Source: Malacoraja senta (Eukaryota). From it: a stretch of DNA of 64,000 bases. Both the position numbers and the translations under genes were made by a program. The stretch covers positions 1,242,001 to 1,306,000 of the forward strand of contig CM076001.1 of assembly GCA_038087875.1 (NCBI GenBank), read 5' to 3'. Every line of letters starts with the position of its first letter. The first letter of the stretch is position 1. Shown here piece by piece: positions 25,255-37,293 of the stretch. A model generated the notes under the pieces. The model saw nothing but the letters and a program-made list of their open reading frames with translations, was not told where the DNA came from and made no database searches.

Positions 25255-25990
25255 TGTTTTTCTTTCTCTGTGGGGGGTGGGGGAAACTGTACTTTCTCAG
25301 TCCTACCTGGTCGGAGATGCGTCTTTCCTCTGAGTCGCATCTTCGCCCTCTCCGTGCGGCCTACCAGCGGGACTGGAGCGGCGTTTCCTGCCAGGACTAC
25401 AGCTTCGGCGGCGGCACGGTGCTGAGGCACCGTCGTGGAGCGGGCGATGCCTTGCCCGGGTCGCCATGTGGAGCTCCGGAGGGCTGAAGATGGCCGACTG
25501 GAACATCGCGGAGCTGTGGCTGCGGGCGGCGCTGATTTTGAACACCGCAGGGCCTGGGATCTCTCGACGAGATCACCAGTGTCGGAGCTCCGACCGGCGC
25601 GGTCCGTGGACTTCGGGAACCGCGGTCTCCAGGGAGGAAGCGACCGTTCCAGATGCTCCGATGCCGCTGAAGAGTGTTCTCCCGACGCCGGAACTCCATC
25701 ATCCGGCGAGAGGGCCTATAACATCGGGCCGCCGTTGTGGCGACTGCGGAGGCCTCAAATAGGCCCCGACTTCGGGTGAACTAAGAGGAAGAGGACTGAA
25801 CTTTTTAGTGCCTTTCCCTCACAGTAGAAAATGTTGATTCTGCTGTGGGGGGACGTTCATGTTAAATTCTATAGTGTGTTGTGTCTTTTTTTCTTTTATA
25901 TGGATGTATGGTAATCTGATTTCTCTGTAAAGCACTTTGGCTTCAACGTGATTTGATTTGAAAGTGCTATATAATTAAATATTACTTACT
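25255..25990 (+). mobile_element. GC-rich non-autonomous retroelement with L2-like 3' tail
   Basis: A CpG-rich non-coding body is followed by GTAAAGCACTTTG...AAAGTGCTATATAATTAAAT(TACT)n, a stem-loop plus short-repeat tail typical of L2-clade 3' ends. Confidence 0.5.
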
Positions 25991-25999
25991 CGGTAAGTA

Positions 26000-26176
26000 A
26001 TCTTCGGTTTCATCCCACACTCCAAAGACGTACAGGTTTGTAGGTTAATTGGCTTAGTGTAAGTGTAAAATTGTCCCTAGTGTGTATAGACAGTGTTAAT
26101 GTGCTGAGATCACTGGTTGGTGCGGATTCGGTGGGTCGAAGGGCCTGTTTCTGCTCTGTATCTCTAAACTAAACTA
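26000..26176 (+). mobile_element. V-SINE 3' fragment
   Basis: TCCCACACTCCAAAGACGTACAGGTTTGTAGGTTAATTGGC...GGGCCTGTTTC...CTGTATCTCTAAACTAAACT. Confidence 0.8.
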
Positions 26177-26449
26177 GTCCCTTGATCTTCAAGTATCGAA
26201 ATACTATTTCCCTGTACCAGTATGTATTTTATTTTAATGTAGATCAAATAGTTACAACACCAGGCTGAATGCTAAATAATCAGGGGGGTGAAAAGGGAAA
26301 TATGAAGGATAAAGAGAGAAAATTAGTTTTCACAGGTAGCTAATATAAGAGAGAACCCATATTTTGGTTGTAACCAGGTAATAAGAGAAAGGTTGGGAAT
26401 AATTGGCTTAAAAAGCACTCAGCACTGCTGAGGTATTAATGGAGACCTT

Positions 26450-28725
26450 CTTTCTGTCTGAGGCAAGGACGAAGATGCTGCCTATGTCACAGTAAAGGCT
26501 GCATCTGACGGAGCCAAAATTAAGAAAGAGATACTAGAAAAGCTGATTGTGCTTAAAGTTGAAAAGTCATCAGATCCATATTGGAAGCCGGGGTGGAAAT
26601 TACAGAAACTAGCCATGATCTTGCAATTATGTTTAGAACTGAGGATGGTACCAGAGTTCTGGACAATTGTAAGTGTTTCAAAACAATTTAACAAGAGGGT
26701 ATACCAGGAATTTCTGCACGATCAGTTTAATCTTGGTTGTGGAGAACTTTTAAACAATATTCTAAACTAAAATTAACAGTCACTTCAATACGTTTATAGT
26801 AATTAATGTAAATAAATATGGATCTGTAAAAGAAAATTGTGCTTAACATTCTGGATTGGCTTTATTGATGAAGTAACGGAGGACTTAGTAGGATAAAGAC
26901 AGATATGGTGTTTTGTTGACTTGTCCAAAGGGGTGAAGTCCTTGAAATAAAGATGGGGTTGTTGAATAGGTAACTTGTCAATAGAACACAGACAGTTGTG
27001 ATGATGAGTTATTTTCAGATTTTATTGAAGTAGGGTGTGTGCTGATACCTTTGTTTTTTTGGATATTTGCCTTTGATTTGCATGCATAGAAGACATTTTC
27101 ATAATTTGCACAAATTCACACAAAATTGAAAGAGAAGAATATTATGGGGAGGCTATTGATGAGTTTCAAAAGACATCGGTTAGTGGAATGGAACAGAAAC
27201 ATGGTATGTAAAAGTCAAAGCAGAAAAGATGCAAATTGCTATTTTTGCTAGGAAAAAATAAGGACAGGCAAATTCATACAAGTAGCAATGTTACAAAATT
27301 TTGAGATTTAAAAAATAAAGTCTGCAATTTATCCCATCAGATAAAGCATAAAAAGAAGTTTAATTTGACACTTAATTCACTTTCATATCTTCAGTATTAA
27401 AAAAGTTATGGCCATTATCATACTCAGAAATTAGCATCTAGTTCCCTATTGCTTTTCCATTGACTTAACACAAAAGCTGTGATCGAGGACAGTTAAAAGC
27501 CCATAACTTTCTTAAAAATTATGGTAACTGAAAGAAATTTTCAGGTATTATAGATTGAAGCATTCTGAAACAAATATGAAACAATCTTACTTCGAAGACA
27601 TGAAAGTAAAGCATATAATTAGTTAGTTACCTAATTGTAGCTAATTACAAAATTCAATTACTAGATCTAAACATCTATCAATTTCTTAAGAATAGATTAA
27701 CATTTTTAAATAGCCTAAGTGTCCAAATAACATTCACACAATAATTCACAATATAACATAATTTTTAAATCTAATTTTCATGAATTTACAGGCCAAATGG
27801 AAGGAATTGAATGTTTAATACCTGTAAATTAATGGGGATTTAATTCATCTTGCGAGTGAGGATTACTGGAACGCGATCTTTTGGAACGTTAATTTGCAGT
27901 GAATTTAACCCCGTATTGGCATGAAAAATACTGCCGTTAATTCGGGGAATAAAATCACCGTGTCGCATGACAAAATGTGAATTAAAGGCTTCTTAAGAAG
28001 CACTTTTATACATTTAAAGAAAGCACTTTCGTTTACCTGTCCATTGTGTGAAATCCGTCCCCGTTATCGGCGTTGACGCTTCAGGAGCTGCTTTTAAAAT
28101 GACTGTAGCGCTGACATTGACGATTTAATAAAAATAAAAAATTCACAAAACGCCGGTAGGAACAATTTTGTCAGCCAAGGTTTGTACTCCAACAAAATAT
28201 TTCCAGCACAAGGGAGGAGAAACCCGCGTTTTAACCCCGCCCCCCCCTTAAAGGCGCCAAAATGGCGCACACGGCCAGTGGCAGAATTACAGCGCGACTG
28301 AAGGTAAGTTTTGTAACATACCTAATACAAGGAGTGCAATTCTAAGTAGGGGTGCAGAAAAAAAAGACCCATGTGAATACATTCATAAATGTTTGAAGGT
28401 GGTATGGCAAGATAGGAAATTGGACATTTGAGATCCTGAGCTTCGAAAATGGAGGCATATAGTGAAAAAGCAAAGAGGATATGATGCTTCTTTACAAAAT
28501 GTTTGTTTTGTCATAACTGGACCACTGTGTACAATTCTTTGGAATTATCTATCCTAGAGAGCTATGGAATCTGATTTATTAGATATATTTAATGCAAGGA
28601 TAGACATACTTTTGGACTCTTGTGAACTTGAGGGTTACGGGGATTTTATAGGAAAGGGGAGTTCAGGCCAAGATCGAACAAACATTGAATTATTGAATGG
28701 TAAAGCACATTCTGCACCTATTATG
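26450..28725 (+). mobile_element. Old, highly decayed CR1 LINE split by the 7-bp-TSD transposon
   Basis: Residual CR1 ORF2-like peptides (ILEKLIVLKVEKSSDP, ELRMVPEFW, LDHCVQF, DIFNARID...EGYG) lie on both sides of 27283-28324. Confidence 0.65.
27283..28324. mobile_element. Non-autonomous TIR transposon, TAG...CTA termini, 7-bp TSD (copy 2)
   Basis: Starts TAGCAATGTTACAAAA and ends TTTTGTAACATACCTA. ATACAAG flanks both sides (27276-27282, 28325-28331). Colinear with 23950-24993. Confidence 0.9.
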
Positions 28726-28799
28726 TTTTTGCATTTGCAGTATTTCCATCCAGAATGTTCATTCACTCATACATAAAACCCTTGTCACCCTTGACTATA

Positions 28800-29362
28800 T
28801 TGGTATTGGATATTTATTGTCTTGTGCATGAAGATACAGTGATATCCAGTGTGCTGTCCAGGCAAATCATAACCATACATGAGTACAATCAAACCATACA
28901 TGAGGACAATAGGCAGTGCAAAACAAGAAAGGAAAGTGCAGAAAGTGAAGATACAGCTACAGGGAATACAGATTTTAAAAAGTCCAATGGTCACAATGAA
29001 GTTGATTGGGAATTTAGCAGGAATAATTCTTAGTGAATGATGAGTCCATTCAAGAATCTGATAACAGTGGGGAAACAAAACTTCCTCAATCTGGTGGTAT
29101 GTGCTTTCAAGCTCTTGTATCATGCTTGACACCAGAGGAGAGGGAAGAGAGGGTCGTGAGTAGTCCTTGGGAAAGCAGCCAACATAATCAAAGCAGCATG
29201 AAGTGTACATGAAGTGTATGGGAGGGTGGATGGAGGAAGCTGGATTATGTGATGGACTGAGCTGTATCCACAACTCTCTGCAATGTTTTGTGGTCTTGGG
29301 CAGAGCATTTGCCAAACCAATCTGCGATGCAATCCAATAGGATGCTTTCTATAGTGCATTTG
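28800..29362 (-). mobile_element. Rex1/Babar-like LINE 3' fragment
   Basis: The minus strand encodes a decayed CTIESIL...CI..WFG motif, homologous to 42560-43250, plus a 3' UTR. Confidence 0.65.
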
Positions 29363-29939
29363 TTTTGGACCATATTTTGGAGTATTGAATTAACAGCTTG
29401 ACATTTTGAATCATGCATGGCAACATTACTGCCACTTGAAGAAGCCTCCCTGCCTAGTTACATATTTTACCCCTTCACCCAAACAGTTGTGATAGTGACA
29501 AAAATAATCGGAGCTGCTATTTCCCTTGGAATCGTGATCTTCTGTGATGTGACCACTCCAACTGCTGCAGCTCATCTTTCTGCTGGCTGCTCCAATTTCA
29601 CTTTGAGATCTTATTCCATTGCATTGTTTTATGATGCCCAGATGTCACTTGCCAGGTTTAAATTGGTTATGCATCTAAATTTTGTAAAGTATTCTTTGCA
29701 ATTGAAAAGAACTCCTGACATTCACTCTCCATCAAACAGTTTAATAAAAGTCAATATATACTAAATTGATTTAGTGTCAACAGTGTACTTTCTACTGGAA
29801 TGTACAGAAATTAAGAGGGTAACCTTGCAAAATATATTGCTGGCAGAGTGCTGTAGCAACAGGCAGATAAGTCATGGAGTGCTTATCTCATTCACCTGAC
29901 TACTAATGCTACTTATGAAGAGCTATCTCGTGATCGACT

Positions 29940-30365
29940 CATAGAGAGTCATAGTCATACATCATGGAAACAGGCTCTTCAGCCCAACTTGCCCATGCTG
30001 ACCAAGATGCCACATCTACACTAGTCCAACCTGCTGCATTTGCTCATATCTCTCTAAACCTTCTCTATCCAATTACCTGTCCAAATGTATTTTAAATGTT
30101 GTTATAGTACCTGTCTCAACTACCCCTTCTGGCAGCTCGTTCCATATAACCACCATCCTCTGTGTGGAAAAAGTTATCCCTCAGGTTCCTATTAAATCTT
30201 TTCCCTTTCACGTTAAACCTATGTCCTCTGGTTCTTGATTCCTCTACTCTGGGTAAATGACTCTGCATCAACGCTATCTATTCCCTTCGTGATCCTGTAC
30301 ATCTCGATAAGATATCCCCTCATCCTCCTGCGCTCCAAGGAACAAAGTCCTAGCCCTGCAACCTC
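29940..30365 (-). mobile_element. CR1 LINE 3' fragment (second subfamily)
   Basis: Tail CATAGAGAGTCATAGTCATAC. The minus strand gives LERRRMRG...TRGHRF...NFFHT..VVIWNELP. Confidence 0.85.
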
Positions 30366-31345
30366 TTATACAACTGATTGGGGAGACCAAAAGCAGATTA
30401 TGTGACAGTTTTGAAGGGGAAGAGGAAAAGTTACAAAAGACTCCCGAATTAATGGGAAGGAAAGTTCAAGAAGGGATAAGAGAGTAAGATCAGGGCCAAT
30501 TGCGAGCGGTGCGAGAGGGGAGGTGAATACCGAGGTCAAAGTGTTGTATATGAATGCACAAAGTATAAGAAATAAAGTGGACGAGCTTGAAGCTCAGTTA
30601 GTAATTGGCAAGTATGATGTTGTGGGAATTACAGAGACATGGCTGCAAGAGGGCCAGGGCTGGGAACTTAATATTCAAGAGTATGCCTCCTATCGAAAAG
30701 ACAGACAGGTGGGCAGAGGGGGTGGGGTAGCTCTGTTGGTGAGGAATGAAATTCAGTCCCTTGCGAGGGGTGACATTGAAACAGGAGATGTGTAGTCAGT
30801 ATGGATAGAACTAAGGAATTGTAAGGGTAAAAATACCCTAATGGGACTTATCTACAGGCCCCCAAACAGTAGTCTGGATATAGGGTGCAAGTTGAATCAG
30901 GAGTTAAAATTGGCATGTAGTAAAGGTAATGCTACAGTTGTTATGGGAGATTTCAACATGCAGGTAGACTGGGAAAATCAGGTTGGTACTGAACCCCAAG
31001 AAAGGGAGTTTGTGGAGTGCCTCCGTGATGGATTCAGAGCAGCTTGTATTGGAGCCTACCAGGGAGAAGGCAATTCTGCATTTAGTGTTATTTAATGAAC
31101 AGGATTTGATAAAGGAACTTGAGGTTAAGGAGCCATTAGGAGGTAGTGACCATAATATGGTCAAGTTTAATCTACAATTGGGGAGGGAGAAGGGTAAATC
31201 GGAGGTGTCAGTGTTACAGTCGAATAAAGGGGACTATGGAGCCATGAGGGAGGAGCTTTCCAAAGTTGACTGGAAAGATACACTAGCAGGGATGACAGTG
31301 GAACAACAATGGCAGTTATTTCTGGGAATAATACAGAAGATGCAG
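30366..31345 (+). mobile_element. CR1 LINE, endonuclease region (left half of an interrupted element)
   Basis: ORFs 30523, 30841 and 30983 give YMNAQSIRNK, GITETWL, YRPPN, MGDFN and SDHN. The element continues at 38279. Confidence 0.93.
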
Positions 31346-34118
31346 GTTGGGTAGTGTTGTGCAGGTTGGGTAGTGTCAGTCCTCCAAATTCTTTGGGTTT
31401 ACACAGGTGTCTTTGAATTCTGTGGGATTTATAGTCCCATATGAAATTTGTGATATCAGAGTCGAGTTTTTTTTTTAAAGATTTTCGGAAAAATATTAGT
31501 ATTGATTGAAATAAATATAAGATTTGTGGTAAAAAAATCATTTTTATGGCATTTATTCTGCCTAATAAAGACATCGGTAGTGTTTTCCAAAATTTAATCA
31601 AAGCATTTAATTTAGTAAGTAAGGGCATATAGTTTGCATTGAATAAAGCTTTATATTTTCTGGTAATTTGAATACCCAGATATTTACATTTCTCTGTGGC
31701 AATTCTAAAGGGGAATTTTAAAAGGTGTGTTGATTCTTGAGGTTTTATCGTCATAATTTCGCTTTTATTCCAGTTTATTCTATATCCTGAGAAGGATCCA
31801 AATTCCTCTATTAAATTTAATATATTTGGTATGCTAATTTGTGATTTTGTAATATATAATAATACGTCGTCTGCATATAATGATATTTTATTATTTGAAT
31901 GTTTTGTATTATAACCGTGGATGTTCGGATGCGTTCTTATACTTTCTGCTAAGGGTTCTATCACAAGAGTGAATAGCAGGGGTGATAGTGCACATCCCTG
32001 TCTATTGCCTCTGGATAGTTGAAATTTCGGAGAGAGTATATTATTGGTCAGTATTCTAGCAGTCGGCTTGTCATATAATAATTTTACCCATAAAATGAAA
32101 TTCTCCCATTTGAAATTTTTGCAGTACTTTGAAGAGATAGTCCCATTCCACCTGATCGAATGCTTTTTCTGCATCCAATGAAATAATTGATGTCTTCCTC
32201 TTGAATGAATATCTCTTGGGTATAAACCCCGTTTGATCCGCATTTATTAATTTACTGACGTACAGTATTTGCTCAGTCTTCTTGCTAGAGTTTTCGCTAG
32301 TATTATCTGATCTGTGTTTAACAATGCAATGTCTCTATGAACAGGTATCTTCTAGATCTTTATCTTTTTTCGGTATAAGTGTAATAGTTGATTCCGCTAA
32401 TGTTTCTGGTAGTGCTTGATCTTTAAAAGCATATGTGTACAATTTTTGTAGACGTGGTGAGATTGTCTCGTAGAGTCTTTTATAAAATTCGTTACTAAAT
32501 CCATCTGGTCCTGGCGTTTTTCCGTTCTTCAGTGAGTTTATTGTCTCTTCTATGTCTTTAATTGAGACCTGAGATCCTAATTCCTCTTGTTCCAACAGAT
32601 TACGTTTTGGGAGGTTACAATTATCCAAGAAATTTATAACTTTAATGTTATCTGCTGATGTTTTTGATGTATATAAATTTTGATAAAATTGAGCAAATCT
32701 TTTATTAATGTCTTTAGGTAATGTTAACAATTCGCCTTTATCTGATTTAATTTTTGAAATCATATGATCCTTTTCCCGTTTTTTCAGTTGACGTGCCAAG
32801 AGTTTATGTGATTTATCGCCGAATTCAAATTTTTCCTGTTTTGTAATTTGAAATAGTCTAATAACTCTTGCGGATAAGATTCTGTTTAATTTAAATTTCA
32901 ATATTGTTATTTTATTGTGTTTATCTATGGTTGGTTCTTTAGCATTATCTAGGTCTAATTGTCTAATTTGTTCTTCTAACTGCAATTGTTCTTTCTTATT
33001 TTTTTTATTTTGAAATGCTTGATATGAAATTATAGATCCTCTAATAAATGCCTTAAAAGATTCCCATAATAAAGAGGGTGAGATGCCTGGCATGTCGTTA
33101 GTTAGTCTAAAAAAAAATTCCATCTGTTGTTTTAGATATATACTACCTTGTGGATCGTTTAAAATTTGGGGATTAAACCTCCAAAACGATTTTTTATTGG
33201 GCTTTCCTATTTTTAAGAAAAAGGTTAGCGGAGAGTGATCAGAAATGATACTGTTATGATATTTAGGATTCCTTGTGTACGGAATTAATTTCGTGTCCAC
33301 TAAAAAATAATCGATACGTGAGTAAGTTTTATGTACCATTGAGTAAAAAGAGTATTCCCTTCCAGCTGGATTAGCGATCCTCCATACGTCTGTTATATTT
33401 GTATTTTTTATATATGTATTTAGGAGTTCACTGGCTTTTGATTTTATGTTAAGCCTCTTTTGTTGTGTAGATTTATTCAGATATGGATCTAAAACGCAAT
33501 GAAATCTCCCCCCATTATCACATTTTGATAATTAAGCTCTGAAATTATATTCAGTATTTTGTTAAAAAATTGAGGATTATCATAATTAGGCGCATGTATA
33601 TTTACCATAGTAAGTGGAGTAGAGTTGATTTCTCCCGTAACTATAAGATATCTCCCCTCTTTATCTGCTATGATATTCTTTGATTTAAATGGTATGCCTT
33701 TATGAATGATAATTGCTGTGCCTCTAGATTTAGAGATATATGAAGAGTAATATGTTTGGGCAATCCAATTTGCCTTCAGTCTAGTCTGAGCTTGGAGTTT
33801 CAGGTGTGTTTCCTGTAGGAAAATTATGTCTGTATTGAGTGATTTTAATTGTGCGAGAATCTTACCCCTTTTAATTGGTTCAATAGCACCCCTTATATTC
33901 CAGCTACAAAACGTGATTCCTCCTATTTTCTTTTGTTTATCGTCTTGCATTATGAGGTACTTTAATACCTTTAAGTCATATGGTGCAACACAATACCTCA
34001 GGCCTCTAGGTGTTGGGTGGGCACTTGCGGTTGCTAAGTTCTGTTTGTATATCCCCTTTAAACTTGAAAGAAAAAGAAGAAAAGTGTGACGTGACATAAA
34101 AATAATAAAAAAAGAAGG

Positions 34119-34123
<5 letters not shown>
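31346..34123 (-). mobile_element. L1-clade LINE ORF2 (EN+RT), 3' part deleted
   Basis: ORFs 33489..34097 (SWNIRG, LQETH, GGDF), 32335..33339 (SRIDY, SDH, PGPDG) and 31167..32243 (RQGCALSP, LYADD). Stops abruptly at GGLTLPNL. Same family as 57513-62300. Confidence 0.95.
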
Positions 34124-34160
<37 letters not shown>

Positions 34161-34404
34161 TATTATATAAAACTCTCTGGCTGTCGTCCGTCTGTACGTC
34201 TGTACGTCTGTACGTCCAACGTTCTGCTTGACGTCCCGCCTTTGATACCGCCCCGCGCCCGCGCGGCGCGCGGAAACGCCGATATTTTTTACCGTTTCTA
34301 AAGAGGTTACGTTTATCTTTACGAATAGACGATCCTGATTAAATTTGGTCGTGTTTACGTACGCTTTTTAAAATAAAATACCTCTCCCCCCCCCCCAAAC
34401 CAAA

Positions 34405-35275
34405 CATTTCAAAATGTTTAAAAAAACAGCTCAGCCGTAGAATGTTAGTAAAGATTCCGTTGTGTGATGTCACAATGCACAATGGTCACAGATGTCCAAT
34501 CGGAATGGATCCATTTACATATGCCTTTGCGGCGACCCAAGCCCCGGCCCCTCCCCCCCAACCCCCCGCAGCATTGGGCATTGTGACATCACAAAACGGA
34601 ACCTTCATTTACATTCTATTGCTGAGAGCTGTTTGTTTAACATTTTGAAATTTCCCCATTCCCTATCACCCCCACACACGTGGCGACGCCCTGCGACACG
34701 TGTGACAAATCGAAATGAATCCGTTTACATATGCCTTGGCAGCAGCCCCAGCCCCAGCCCCTCCCCCCCAACCCCACAGCCTGTGATTATGTTTATCTTT
34801 ACGAATAGACAACCCTGATTAAATTTGGTCGTTTTTATGTACACTTTTAAAAATAAAATACTTCTCCCCCCCCCACCCCCAAACATTTCAAAATGATTAA
34901 AAAAACAGCTCAGCCATAGAATGTTAGTAAAGATTCCGTTGTGTGATGTCACAATGCCCGATGCTAACAGATGTCCAATGGGAATGGATTCATTTAGATA
35001 TGCCTTGGCAGCAGCCCCAGCCCCAGCCCCTCCCCCCCAACCCCACAGCCTGTGTCGAAGGGCGTCGCCACGTGTGTGGGGGGATAGGGAATGGGGACAT
35101 TTCAAAATGTTTAAAAAAACAGCTCTCAGCAATAGAATGTTAATGAAGGTTCCGTTTTGTGATGTCACAATGCCCAATGCTCAAAGATATCCAATCGAAA
35201 TGAATCCGTTTACATATGCCTTGGCAGCAGCCCCAGCCCCAGCCCCTCCCCTCCACCCCCGCAGCCTGTGTCACG
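34405..35275. repeat. Direct and inverted ~170-300-bp repeats inside Helitron A
   Basis: The unit CATTTCAAAATG..CAGCTC..GAATGTTAG..GATGTCACAATG..CATATGCC..CAGCCCC occurs at ~34405, ~34884 and ~35098. Segment 34571-34698 is the inverse of ~35052-35180. Confidence 0.85.
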
Positions 35276-35334
35276 TGTGTGGCAATAGAGAAAGAGGATT
35301 GGGGGTGATAGGGAATGGGTAACAGATGGACTGT

Positions 35335-36475
35335 CCCTACCCCTCCTACTTCAACTCTCCCTCCCCACTCTTCCCCCTCTCTCCTCTCCCCCTCCCTCCC
35401 CTCCCACACCCTCTCTTCCCCCTCCACCACCCCTCTTCACCCCCCATCTCCCCCCTAACCCCTTCCCCTCTCTCTTGCACCACTCCCCGCTACCCCTCTG
35501 CCCCTCACTCACCACTCTTCCCCTCTCCCTCCCCCACCTCTATCCCTCCCCCTCCCTCTCTTCCCCCTACTCCTCTCCCCTTCCCCTCATCCCCTCTCTC
35601 CACCTCTAACATCCCCTCCCCCCTTCCTGCCCTCCCCGCTCTCCTCCCACTCCCCACTCTCCTCCCCGTCCCTCTCCCCCCACCCTGCTCTCTTCTCCCT
35701 CACCAATCTCTCCCCTTTCCTCCTCCCCCTCTCTCCTCCCTCCCATCCCTCCCCTCTTCTCTCCCCACCCCGTCTCCCTCTCCCCCCTCCCCCCCTCTTC
35801 TCTCCTAACCCCGTCGCCACCCTCCACCCTCCCCCACACCTCTCTACCCTTCTCCTCGCCTTACCCACCCCTCTCTCCTCCCCCTCTCCATCCCCTTCTC
35901 CTCACCCCTCTCCCTCTCATCCCCCTCCTCCTCCCACCCCCATTACTCTCTCCCACATCCCCCTTCCCTCTCTCACCCCGTCCCCTTCCCCCTACCCCGC
36001 TATCCCTCTTCAACCACTCCCCCTACACCTCTCCCCCTCCCTCTCTCCCACTTCCACCACTCCCCCTACACCTCTCCATCTCCCTCCCCATTCTTCCACT
36101 TCTCCCAAACCCATCCCCATCTCCCTCCACAACCCCCTCCCCCACCCCTCTCCCCCCTCCCTTCTCTCTCACTCCCCACTCTTCCACTCTCCCTCCCCCA
36201 CCTCTATCCCTCCCCCCTCCTTCTCTCCCTCTCTTCCCCCTACTCCTCTCCCCTTCCCCTCATCCCCTCTCTCCACCTCTAACATCCCCTCCCCCCCTTT
36301 TCCCCCCTTCCTGCCCTCCCCGCTCTCCTACCACTCTCCTCCCCCTCCCTCCCCCACCCTGCTCTCTTCTCCCTCACCAATTTCTCCCCTTTCCTCCTCC
36401 CCCTCTCCTCTTCTCTCCCCACCCCGTCTCCCTCTCCCCTCCCCACCCCGTCTTCCTCTCCACCCCTCCCCCCGC
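35335..36475. repeat. Polypyrimidine (C/T) low-complexity tract with internal duplication
   Basis: More than 1 kb of mostly C/T on the plus strand. Segment ~35510-35780 is repeated at ~36175-36440. Confidence 0.9.
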
Positions 36476-36581
36476 CTGTGTTTGGGGGGTGGTTAGTGTG
36501 AGTGTGATGCCGCAGCCCCCTCCCCTCCCGCAAACGCGCGTTGGGAAAACAGCCCGCCAACAGTCTCTCTGTCTTTAAGAC

Positions 36582-36790
36582 AGAACTGCAGATGCTTGAA
36601 AATCAAAGGTACACAAAAAAAATGCTTCATAACCTCAGCGGGTGCAGCAGCATCTATGTATCAAAAGAAATAGACAACGTTTCGTGAAAACCCGTCTGAG
36701 GATGGGTTTCCGCCAAAAGCATTGCCTATTTCCTTCACTCCATAGATGCTGCTGCACCCGCAGTGTTTCTCGAGTTTTATGGTGTGTACC
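36582..36790. mobile_element. Palindromic Penelope-like repeat carried inside Helitron A
   Basis: Inverted arms include a perfect 21-bp pair GCGGGTGCAGCAGCATCTATG / CATAGATGCTGCTGCACCCGC. The centre has CTGAGGA-TGGGTTTCCGCC-AAAAGC, a degenerate hammerhead-like core. Confidence 0.65.
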
Positions 36791-37293
36791 AGTCTATCTG
36801 TCCCTCCCCTCTCTCTCTCTCTCTGCCCTTCTCTCTTCACAGCCCGCGACTCAACTCATGCACGCCTGCTCCAACCCACCCCCTTCACCTCTCTCCCCAT
36901 CCTCTTCTTCCTCTCTCCACCCCTCTCCTCTCTCACCCTCCTCTCTCCCCACCTTCCTCACCCCCCTTCCTCTCAACCCTCCTCCTCCCCACCTCACAAT
37001 TTTTTTTTCTAACATTAAATTTTCTCTCTCTGCACCACCCCCCCTCGAGACGTACCTGAGAGGTGAGGGCTATTCGTCAGTGGATAGGGTGGAGATGGAA
37101 TAAAAGAAGAAAATTAAAATATTAATATAATATCAAGGGGTGTGATGAGTGTGTGTGTTTGTGGGTGCCAGATTCACACCCCGCAACCCTGCTTTGGAGG
37201 TACAGACCCAACGGGTGGTTAGTGTGACGTCACAGCCCCCCGCCCCAAACGCACGTTCGGTGTCCAGACCCAACGGGTCTGCACTTGGTCTAG

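Larger units (their letters stand above)
34124..37293 (+). mobile_element. Non-autonomous Helitron unit A (compound, with cargo)
   Basis: 5' TC(TATC)nTATTATTATATAAAA preceded by A at 34123. The 3' hairpin AGACCC-AAC-GGGTCT (37266-37280) is followed by CTAG at 37290-37293. No TSD. Confidence 0.82.

Noticed and set aside
25117..25779. Several ~100-aa ORFs on both strands
   Set aside because: They are an artefact of the GC-rich repeat body and show no protein motifs.
29417..29764. 115-aa plus-strand ORF and a short minus-strand open frame in unique DNA
   Set aside because: No recognisable homology and no convincing splice-site pair; more likely non-coding.
35140..37103. Pro/Ser-rich and Gly/Glu/Arg-rich ORFs
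   Set aside because: They are translations of the C/T low-complexity tract inside the Helitron.
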